Positions 46,276 to 64,000 of a DNA stretch of 64,000 nt are shown piece after piece. Below the pieces are notes generated by a model. The model made no database searches. It worked only from the letters and a program-made list of their open reading frames with translations, and had not been told where the DNA came from. The DNA is from the human T2T-CHM13v2.0 reference genome, Homo sapiens. The stretch is from assembly GCF_009914755.1 (NCBI RefSeq), contig NC_060935.1; one strand, 5' to 3'. The translations under genes were made by a program, and so were the position numbers. Numbering within the stretch: position 1 is the first letter of the stretch; each line of letters starts with the position of its first letter.

Positions 46276-46565
46276 CGCAGAGGAGGCAAGGTTGTCATCA
46301 GCCTCTGTGGTCCAGCAACCACGCTCTGAGTAGCACTTGTTCAGGGTATCCCCTTGCCTCCCAAACCCACCTGGCTAATTAAAAATGCCTGATTTGGCTA
46401 GGCGCGGTGGCTCACACCTGTAATCCCAGCACTTTGGGAGGCTAAGGCGGGTGGATCACCAGGTCAGGAGATCAAGACCATCCTGGCCAACATGGTGAAA
46501 CCCCGTCTCTACTAAAATACAAAAACTTAGCCGGGCATGGTGGTGCACGCCTGTAGTCCCAGCTA

Positions 46566-46703
<138 letters not shown>

Positions 46704-46995
46704 TTACCCAGAAAGCGATGGAAAGAAAACAAGGCATAGGTTCATGATCTGAAATGCCTTAAAACACTCCCCAGCATCAGCTACACAGCAGAAGCAGCTG
46801 CCACAATGTGAGCTTCTCACGTGGGAGCTTCTCACTTCGGCTCTGCAGCAGCCCTCCGGCTTCTGACCTACCAAGGACTTGAAGTGAAGACAGAAGTGGT
46901 CCAGGAGAGACACTGGGCTCCTTCTATCTGAGGCCAGGGTTTTAAACAAGAGGAATCCCAGGGAGCCAGGCAGGCCACGGCTCCCCTATGCATAC

Positions 46996-47442
<447 letters not shown>

Positions 47443-48518
47443 TCAAAGGCCGAAAGGGGTCTTCTTTTAATGCTCTAAATCCAAGAACAGTGACAGACAC
47501 AGACGCTCACCTGCGTGACATCTGGTTCAATCACACTTCCTGGGATCTGGTGCCCTTTGCCCCCTATACTTTATACCTCAGGCTTCTTTTAAGCACTGCC
47601 ATGCTAGCAGAATCAGACTTCTAAATCAAATGGAAACAGACTCTACTAAGGTCCCAGAAGTGCATGCTGTTTAAGCATCTGTCGGCTTCATCTCAACTTT
47701 TCTCTCTTCTTACTTTTCTCCACCTCTTCTGGTGTCCTGGCTTGCCCACTGCCAACCCCTGACCCCTACTTCCCTGATGTTCATGACTGTGTCAGGGCTC
47801 CTGCCCCTCCACTCCATCACCTGGATCCCTTCCTCTTGCTCTCCTCTTTACAACTTTAAGCCAGTAGCTTAAGCTGAGCACTTTCCTTGCCAGGCACTGT
47901 GCTTGGTGCTTTTTTGATCTCACACCAAGCCTCTGTCGTGTGTTATTCTTATTCCCATTTTCTAGACGAGCAACCCTGAGGCTAATAGAGATCAAGAAAC
48001 TTGCCCAGGATCCCATGGCTACAAAGCACCAGAGCTGGGACTCAGATCTGACTCCAGAGAAAGAGCTCTGGCCACTCCTCTACGTAGTTTACTTCCAGCC
48101 AGCTCTTCCCCATCCTCTGCCTTTCCTCTGGTCAGTCTGAATACTTTCTCAGTAGACTTTTCTATCCAGAAAGGCACTTCCTGACTAATGTTGCCAAATG
48201 TCTTCTTCCTAGGGCTGGGAAATCCTTAAGGGGAAGCTGTCAGGGGACAGGGGGCTTTACTTCTTGCATCTCACTAAGACAACAGGGGAAGCGCTGGACA
48301 CAAAAGAATGCAAGAGGAAAGGGCCAGGCATGGTGGCTCATGCCTGTAATCCCAGCACTTTGAGGGGCTGAGGTGGGGTCATTGCTTGGGCTCAGGAGTT
48401 TGAGACCAGCCTGAGCAACATAGTGGAACCCCGTCTCTACTAAAAATACAAAATTCACTGGGCACAGTGGCTCACGCCTGTAATCCCAGCACTTTGGGAG
48501 GCTGAGGTGGATAGATCA

Positions 48519-48806
<288 letters not shown>

Positions 48807-49442
48807 CTACTTAGGGGGCTGGGGCGGGAGGCTTGCTTAAGCCCAGGAAGTTGAAGCTGCAGTGAGCACTGTTTACACCACTGCACTCCAGCCTAGGTGA
48901 CAGAGCAAGACCCTGTCTCAAAAAAAAAAAAAAAAAAAAGGCCGGGGCGGTGGCTTATGCCTGTAATCCCAACACTTTGGAAGGCAGAGGCGGGCAGGTC
49001 ATGAGGTCAGGAGTTCAAGACCAGCCTGACCAACATGGTGAAACCTCATCTCTACTAAAAATACAAAAATTAGCTGGGTGTGGTAGTGCACGCTTATAAT
49101 CCCCGCTACTCAGGAGGCTGAGGCAGGAGAAGCACTTGAACCCGGGAGGCGGACAAAAAAAAAAAATGCCAGGCACAGTGGCTCATGCCTGTAATGCCAG
49201 CACTTTGGGAGGCTGAGGTGGGTGGATCACCTGAGGTCAGGAGTTCGAGACCAGCCAGACCAACATGGAGAAACCCCGTCCCTACTAAAAATACAAAATT
49301 AGCCAGGTGTGGTGGCGCATGCTTGTAATCCCAGCTATTCAGGAAGCTAAGGCAGGAGAATAGCTTGAACCTGGGAAGTGGAGGTTGTGGTGAGCCGAGA
49401 CTGTGCCATTGTACTCCAGCCTGGACAAGAGCAAAACTGTCT

Positions 49443-49478
<36 letters not shown>

Positions 49479-50170
49479 ATGCAAGGGGAAAACTCAGAGA
49501 ATGAAATTAGGTTCTTAGTTAATATGTGTATGAATGAAACTTTTGAATGTTTTCCCTAACCACACTCTCTAGAAAGGACCCAGGTCCCAGGAGAATTTTA
49601 TTTTACCCAGATTTCAGAGGGTCAGTGGGGTACACAGCAGTAAACAAGAACAGCTGCTGATGTGTGAGGAATCACCCCAGGTGCCCTGCTGGTCGTGCCA
49701 TATGCCCGGACCGCTCCTCTCTGGACTATTCTTAGAAAAAGTCATCGTGTGCTGGGCTCTCCAGGGTTACCCTCTCAAAACAATAACTCCTAAGGAGCCC
49801 AAAGGAAGCCAAAGTAGCAGTTCAGGGACAGACCAGGGAAGATCCCATGATCTTCCACTTGTTTAACACATATTTATCCAGGACCCGCTTACACAGAACA
49901 TCATCAGAGATTCTAATTTTGGCTTCCTGGTTTAAGGGCCGAAAGAAAGTCTTCAACAGGGTGACGCTAAAGGTAAAAAGGTAGGAAATCATTCCCCTGT
50001 TTTCTAGAAGAGCATAAAACCCTCTTGCTGCCTATAGAGAAGGCAATCCTGCCTGGTAAAATGATACATGAGCCTCACTGCAGGTGTTCACACTCGACCG
50101 GGCGGTATTGCTGAGCCTTCAGCCACTAGTGCTGGGTCCTCAGTCCTCAGCTTTGATAGAAGATCCCTCA

Positions 50171-50440
<270 letters not shown>

Positions 50441-50826
50441 TCAAAGAGCCCAGGGCAAGAGGATCAGCGAAGGTCTGCAAAAGTGACCCCAAGACTAGGG
50501 AATAGGGGTTTAGGTAGGGTGATAGTTCCCTGAAGGGAGAAACTATGTCTTATATTTTTGACATCTGCCCCTGCTGCTAGCACAGTGAGTACCCGGCACA
50601 GAGGAGATGCCCTGTAAATGTCTGCCTGAATTAGATGGGAACGGTGAAGTCTAATGAATCTTTTCGTGAATCTTGTTGTACTGCCCCGAATGTCCAGCAG
50701 AGGGAGGAATTAGCCCATGTCAGTGCCCTGCTGGATTTCCCCATCAGAAGAAATGGCAACTCTAAGGGGAAGGAAGGTTCTCAGAGGCACCAGAGGCCAC
50801 CTCAACCATGAGGCTACTTTGGCTCA

Positions 50827-51045
<219 letters not shown>

Positions 51046-51108
51046 TCAGTCTGGACGTGGTCTGCCATGTCCCCTGGGCCCAGGCCTGGCAACTACACAA
51101 AACCTCTA

Positions 51109-51489
<381 letters not shown>

Positions 51490-51665
51490 TCAGGGGACTC
51501 CAATGTTTGGTCCACAGAATGAATTTTTTTTTTAGACGGGGTCTCATTTTGTCACCCAGGCTGGAGGGCAGGTGAGATTACAGCTCACTGCGGCCTCAAT
51601 CTCCTGGGCTCAGAAGGCCTCCCACTTCAGCCTTCTGAGCAGCTAGTATCGCTACACCTAACTAA

Positions 51666-51809
<144 letters not shown>

Positions 51810-51954
51810 TAAGTGTCTGAGTTTAAATGTCTTTAGACAGGGCATTTATTCATTTAATAATTTTTTTTTTCATACTGGCAACAGGCAGGACATACTATCT
51901 TAGGCACTGGAAATCTAGCAGTGAACAAAACAGACAAAAGTCTCACAGAATTGA

Positions 51955-52443
<489 letters not shown>

Positions 52444-53312
52444 TAGAATTTTTAAAAGCCAGAGGTGAGAACTTCATTTCAGGAGTTTTTCTTTAATTCA
52501 GATTTCTGAATTTTAAATTTAATTTTTTTTGAGACAGAGTCTCACTCTGTCATCCAGGAGTGCAGTGCCATAATCATGGCTCACTGCAGCCTCGAACTCC
52601 AGGGCTCAGGTGATCCTCCTACCTCAGCCTCCTGTGTAGTTGGGACTACAGGCATGCATCAATAAGTCCAGCTAATTTTTGTACTTTTTATAGAGATGGG
52701 GTTTTGCCATGTTGCCCAAGCTGGTCTTGAACTCCTGGGCTCAAGCAATCTGCCCACCTCAGCATCCCAAAGTGCTGAGATTATAGGCATGAGCCACTGA
52801 ACCTGACCAGATTTCTCAATTTTATTTATTTAACTTTTTTTGAGACAGGGTCTTACTCTGTCACCCAGGCTGGAGGTCACTGTTGCAATCACGGTTCCCT
52901 GCAACCTCGACCTCCCAGTCTCAAGCCATCCTTGCACCTCAGCCTCCCACGTAGCTGGGACTACAGGCATGTGCCACTATGCCAGGCTAATTTAGAAAAC
53001 ATTTTTGTAGAGATGAGGCCACACTATGTTGCCCAGGCTGATCTTGAACTCCTGGACTCAAGTGATCCTCCTTCCTTGGTCTCCAAAAGTGCTGGAATTA
53101 TAGGTGTGAGCCACTGTGCCCGGCCCCTCTATTAATTTTTAGGCTATAATAATTAATTACAATTCTTATGAATTACTAATAACTATTAATTTGTATTAAT
53201 TAGGTCAACCTTATGAGCTAATAATAAAAATACGAAACACCTACAACTTATCTAATGTGTGTTATATGCAATTTAAAATGCATCACCTCATTTAATCTTC
53301 ATACAACTATGA

Positions 53313-53699
<387 letters not shown>

Positions 53700-53864
53700 T
53701 GATCTGCCCGCCTTGGCCTCCCAAAGTGCTGGGATTACAGGCGTGAGCCACCGCGCCCAGCTACACCACACTTTGAGGATGTACTCCCAGAATGTCTAGT
53801 CCAGGTAGCCTGGGAGCTGTCCCGAGAGGTTGCAAGAAAGTTCGGGAGCCTGAGATACAACTTA

Positions 53865-54056
<192 letters not shown>

Positions 54057-54454
54057 TCAACCCAGGCCCCCATGTCCCATAGTAATAGGAGCAAACTCTT
54101 ACAGGAAGCAATTTTTTGGGCCAGGCACTATTGTCATCACTTCAGATACATGAATTCATTTAAGCATCACAACTCTGTGAGCTAGATACTGTAATTTCCA
54201 TGAGGATGAGGAAATTGAGGCACAAAAGAGTTAAGTAACTGTCCAAGGGCATGCACTTCCTCCTCACAGTCAACCATACATCACTTTCTGAATTCTGTCT
54301 CCCTGACGCATTCCCAGGGTCCCCCACTGCACTGACCCAGGGGTTTGTAAATTGTCATCTGGGGTTTTGCAGAGGCATTTCAGAAATTCCCTAGGCATTT
54401 GAGTCCAATGTGCTTGATACCAAATTAGAATTTGACCACTTCACCTATTTGTAA

Positions 54455-54787
<333 letters not shown>

Positions 54788-55416
54788 TGAACTATTTTTT
54801 TTTTTTTTTTGAGACGGAGTTTTGCCTAGGCTGAAGTACAATGGCGTGATCTCGGCTCACCGCAACCTCCACTTCCTGAGTTCAAGCAATTCTCCTGCCT
54901 CAGCCTCCCAAGTAGCTGGGATTACAGGCATGCGCCACCACGCCCGGCTAACTTTTGTATTTTTAGTAGAGATGGGGTTTCTCCATGTTGGTCAGGCTGG
55001 TCTCAAACTCCCAACCTCAGGTGATCTGCCCACCTCAGCCTCCCAAAGTGCTGGGATTACAGGCGTGAGCCACCGTGCCTGGCCTGTTTTTTTAACAATC
55101 TATAAAACATTTTGATATACTTATCCAGGTCAATCAGAATATTCTTAATACTAAGCAATCGAAACAAAACTCAGAAATAAACTAGATGCAAAGGCTGATG
55201 GAGAACTCTGTCATCCATAAATCTGATTCCCATGATCACAACCACCAACGTGGTCTCATTATTCTCACTGATTGAGCTCAATCATGAGCAAATGTTATAT
55301 TTGAACCTATAAAATTGATATACATTAACAAATGTTTTCTATATTAGGGCTCCAACTAAGATTTCCCTGGAAGAAAAAGATGTCCTGCTGCCTAAGGTTT
55401 GCAAACCACTGGCCTA

Positions 55417-55749
<333 letters not shown>

Positions 55750-55969
55750 TCAGAGCCGCCCCTGGTACCCATCAGCAGGTCTTCAGCTGACCGATGGAGC
55801 CACTTGCTCACAAGGACATGCCCCAAGCTGTCAGCATCAGTACCAGAAGAGTGGCAACCTTTAAACTATATTCCTCCACCCCTCCCCACCCCACTCCACC
55901 CCAGCAGCATTTTTCTTGGGGCTCAGAATGCAACTGTTGCTGCATTTTACTGTGACAGAAATCTCTCTA

Positions 55970-56278
<309 letters not shown>

Positions 56279-56281
56279 CTA

Positions 56282-56557
<276 letters not shown>

Positions 56558-56659
56558 CTACTCGCCAGCTGTGTGGCCTTTGGTAAGCTACTTATCCTCT
56601 CTGTGCTTCAGTCTCCCCATCTGTGAAATGGGAAGGATGATCCCCACCTCCTAGGGTTA

Positions 56660-57244
<585 letters not shown>

Positions 57245-57761
57245 TCAGGTCATAGCAAGGCAGGGCTTGGGCCAACAAAGAGATGGGAGCCTGTCATTTT
57301 CTAGGGTAAGCTGGAGACAGATGAGACTCAAGGTGGGAGGGTGAGGGTCCTGGGCAGGAAGCAGCTCAGACAGGGCTGGCTGAATGTCTGCATTTGCTTT
57401 CTCCCCAGGACTCCACAGTGGGATGGTGAGGAATATGGAACAGAATGAAAAAGTGCAACCACATGCTCAATACTGGGTGTGGCCAGGGGAGCACACATGG
57501 GGGCTGCCAGATGGAGGGTAGTCCTTCCTCACTAGACCAGAGCTAAAGGCACTGGCTGTGTGTGAGTTAGAATAGGAGTGGCAATTGAAACTCGCAGCTC
57601 TGATACTGTGCTCCAGGCCATAAGGCCGCAGGTCAATGATGCACCTGGATTTTACACTGGTAAAACCTCAACCCAACTGGAAAGATACCAAAGCACCCTC
57701 TTTTCCACCCTTCCACCCCAACTATAGGCTAAGGGTTCTGGGGCACCCCGGGAGACACCAC

Positions 57762-57887
57762 CTGTATTCTCACAGTTCTCTTCATCGCTGTTGTCTGCAC
57801 AGTCGTCCTCCCCATCACAGCGCCAGGACAGGCGGACACAGCGGCCTGAGTGACAGCGGAACTGTTCTGCCGTACACATGGAGGTGG
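57762..57887 (-). CDS. LRP4: LRP4 exon 8 (126 nt, LDLa 7)
   Basis: [41 protein letters not shown]; AG / GTGGTG. Confidence 0.96.
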
Positions 57888-58229
57888 CTGGGCAAAGCAA
57901 AGGCTTAATGAAAGGTGGGCCCCATTTCAGCCTGAAATTCTCCCTGCCACCCAAATCTGCAGCTTATATCAGTACCCATGCCACTCTTGACACCGGGATC
58001 ACAGCTGGTCTATATAGTGTCTTTGTGTGAATCAGAAAAAAGTATCCTTTCCTCAAGACACTTTACTGCCATCTGCTGGAAAACTGCCATGATGAGTATA
58101 TAAATCTATTATGTGACTGGCTTCCCTTTGGACATATTGCCTCTGCACAGTGCACAACCTACACAACTGTACATGGTGGTGGTCTTACCCAGTGTCTTCA
58201 AGATTTATGGGTAGTGGCCTGTTTGTCTT

Positions 58230-59082
58230 TTTTTTTTTTTCTTTTTTTTTTTTTTTATTTTTTAATTTTTTTATTATCATTCTTGGGTGTTTCTCGCAGA
58301 GGGGGATTTGGCAGGGTCATAGGACAATAGTGGAGGGAAGGTCAGCAGATAAACAAGTGAACAAAGGTCTCTGGTTTTCCTAGGCAGAGGACCCTGCGGC
58401 CTTCCACAGTGTTTGTGTCCCTGGGTACTTGAGATTAGGGAGTGGTGATGACTCTTAACGAGCATGCGGCCTTCAAGCATCTGTTTAACAAAGCACATCT
58501 TGCACCGCCCTTAATCCATTTAACCCTGAGTGGACACAGCACATGTTTCAGAGAGCACAGGGTTGGGGGTAAGGTCACAGATCAACAGGATCCCAAGGCA
58601 GAAGAATTTTTCTTAGTACAGAACAAAATGAAAAGTCTCCCATGTATACTTCTTTCTACACAGACACGGCAACCATCCGATTTCTCAATCTTTTCCCCAC
58701 CTTTCCCTCCTTTCTATTCCACAAAACCGCCATTGTCATCATGGCCCGTTCTCAATGAGCTGTTGGGTACACCTCCCAGACGGGGTGGTGGCCTGGCAGA
58801 GGGGCTCCTCACTTCCCAGTAGGGGCGGCCGGGCAGAGGCGCCCCTCACCTCCCGGACGGGGCGGCTGGCCGGGCGGGGGGCTGACCCCCCAACCTCCCT
58901 CCCGGACGGGGCGGCTGGCCGGGCGGGGGGCTGACCCCCCGACCTCCCTCCCGGACGGGGTGGCTGACCGGGCGGGGGGCTGACCCCCCCACCTCCCTCC
59001 TGGATGGGGCGGCTGGCCGGGCAGAGGGGCTCCTCACTTCCCAGTAGGGGCGGCCGGGCAGAGGCGCCCCTCACCTCCCGGA
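58230..59082 (-). mobile_element. 5'-truncated SVA (partial VNTR, SINE-R, polyA) in LRP4 intron 7, same sense as LRP4
   Basis: Poly(T), then reverse-complement SINE-R, then GC-rich VNTR units; TSD TTGTCTT at 58223-29 and 59083-89. Confidence 0.95.
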
Positions 59083-59098
59083 TTGTCTTGTTTTTTGA

Positions 59099-59581
<483 letters not shown>

Positions 59582-59615
59582 CTAGCCAGTCTGTGCAGTG
59601 TCCCATGGCAGACTA

Positions 59616-60053
<438 letters not shown>

Positions 60054-60230
60054 TTATAGACGCCCATATTCAGGTGGACCAAAGGAAGCCTTCCCTTCCC
60101 ACCTGGGGAACTTGCTCCCTCCCTAGCTCAGCCTAGGAGGAGCTGCTGCTGAGGCACCCATGCTCCTTGCCCTTGGTACATGCACTCCTCAGCCTCGCCC
60201 TTAGCCAATGGGCAGAACTGTCTGCCCTCA

Positions 60231-60994
<764 letters not shown>

Positions 60995-61054
60995 TTATCT
61001 GACTTCGAGAGGAAGTGAAAGGACAGGACAAAGTGCTGAAAACACAAGGGCTCA

Positions 61055-61288
<234 letters not shown>

Positions 61289-61653
61289 TCAACCTGGTAT
61301 TCTTACTCAGGCTCAACTAGGCCAGATAGCCTTTTGCTCCAAATCCCCTTGTCTTTTTTTCTTTTTTTGAGACCGAGTCTTACTCTGTCACCCAGGTTGG
61401 AGTACAGTGGCGCAATCTTGGCTCACTGCAACCTCTGCCTCCTGGTTCAGGCGATTCTGACTCAGCCTCCCAAGTAGCTGGGATTACAGGCATGCTTCAC
61501 CACACCTGGCTAGGTTTTTTTGGTTTTTGTTTTTGTTTTTTGCATTTTTAGTAGAGACAGGGTTTTGTCGTGTTGGCCAGGCTGGTCTCAAACCCCCGAC
61601 CTCAGGTGATCTGCCTGCCTCAGCCTCCCAAAGTGCTGGGATTACAGGCATGA

Positions 61654-61989
<336 letters not shown>

Positions 61990-62522
61990 TAGTCCTTCCT
62001 TACTGACTCCTAGGCCCATCCCCAGCTGATGGAGAAGCTAAGCAGAAACTGCAGCTAAGACAGAGATTCAAAAGGTAATTGTGGTGAGGGGTTCACAGGG
62101 TAGGGGAAGAACAACCCAAAGAACTCACAGGAGCTAAGAAAACATAAGAAAAACATGAGCAAGAGAAAGAAGCGCCTTTTTCCCCTCCTTTCCTCTTGTT
62201 AAATGATGATTGACACACCCGGGCTCAATTTCCAGTTCATTACGTAACACTCTGAGCAAGTCATTTACCCTCTCTGAGCTGAAGTCTTTTTGGCTGTACA
62301 ATGGGGATAATTATACTCAGTTCATAGAGGCCTTTTGATATAATGCCTATGAAAATGCTACATGAAAGTGAAGCATTTATCATCAACACAATTAGCTGAA
62401 CTGGTTAGGGTTAATGAGGTCCAGGTTGTACCTCCGTTCCCATTAGACTAATTAGCCACCCTCAGACATAGATGCTACAGGTAGGTCAGAGATTGTGCCT
62501 CTAATCCAGACTATTGGCTTAG

Positions 62523-62792
<270 letters not shown>

Positions 62793-63127
62793 TAATAGAG
62801 ACAGGGTTTCAGCGTATTAGCCAGGATGGTCTCGATTTCCTGACCTCGTGATCTGCCCACCTCAGCCTCCCAAAGTGCTGGGATTACAGGCATGAGCCAC
62901 TGCGCCCGGCCTAAGAAAATATAAGATTTCTTACAAAGTTACTAAGAAAGGTGTGGCTGGGCGTGGTGGTTCATGCCTGTAATCCCAGCACTTTGGGAGG
63001 CTGAGGTGGCTGGATCACTTGAAGTCATGAGTTCGAGACCAGCCTGGCCAAAATGTTGAAACCTCATCTCTACTAAAAATACAAAAAATTAGCTGGGCAT
63101 GGTGGCACATGCCTGTAGTCCCAGCTA

Positions 63128-63235
<108 letters not shown>

Positions 63236-63532
63236 TCAAAAAAAAAAAAAAAAAAGGTTTTATTGTACAAAATACCAAAATAAGAAACATAGAAATAATC
63301 CACATTTGTGTATAGTATATAAATTTTAAAACGCACAAATATGCGGTACATATACACAAACATATTCACATAAATACAGAGAGACCTATTTAAAGAAACT
63401 CCCTGTTGTGTTCTCTTACACGTGTTGTCAAGTTTGTTTTCTTGGACATATATGCATGAACCAACCAAAAGAAACACAGGAGAGTTGGAGCCATATATAG
63501 TGAAGAAACTACCCAAATGTCAATATCTATCA

Positions 63533-63838
<306 letters not shown>

Positions 63839-64000
63839 TCAGCTCCCACTCAACCCAAGCCCATTCCGAGGGGAAAGTAGAGGAGCCTAGTCCAGGGGCA
63901 CTGTCACCTGGAGAGTCACAGTGACACTTCAAGGGAGATGCAGGCAGTAAAACCATGCCTCCTCCAGGGCATAAACGACCCAGCAGATACCCTCTGACTT

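Noticed and set aside
58790-59082. Regular GC-rich repeats with variable spacers, superficially CRISPR-like
   Set aside because: This is the SVA VNTR in primate DNA; no unique spacers or cas genes

Overview
Primate genomic DNA, almost certainly human chr11p11.2. Most of the window is LRP4 on the minus strand. Exons 2-38 were mapped with canonical GT-AG boundaries and lie at 63807 down to about 17620; exon 1 is outside the window. Their coding lengths sum to 5666 nt, which with a 52-nt coding exon 1 gives the known 1905-aa protein: 8 LDLa repeats, 4 YWTD propellers with EGF modules, a TM helix, NPSY and a C-terminal ESQV. The haplotype carries Val at codon 1203. A CpG-island promoter at about 6.6-7.4 kb has two CCAAT boxes 33 bp apart and two CHR elements. 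From synteny recalled for this locus it drives CKAP5 (non-coding exon 1, minus strand) and, divergently, LRP4-AS1 (plus strand). The rest is Alu-dense, with an L1 fragment, two solo LTRs (LTR22-like, MER9-like), a MaLR LTR, a 5'-truncated SVA and a MER21-like ERV remnant. I found no convincing new biological system. The best second-look items are a 23-bp duplication creating four stacked splice donors at LRP4 exon 20, an ERV copy with marks of L1-mediated retroposition, a sense-oriented SVA polyA site in intron 7, a possible in-frame TM-less isoform, and plus-strand splice signals overlapping exon 30.
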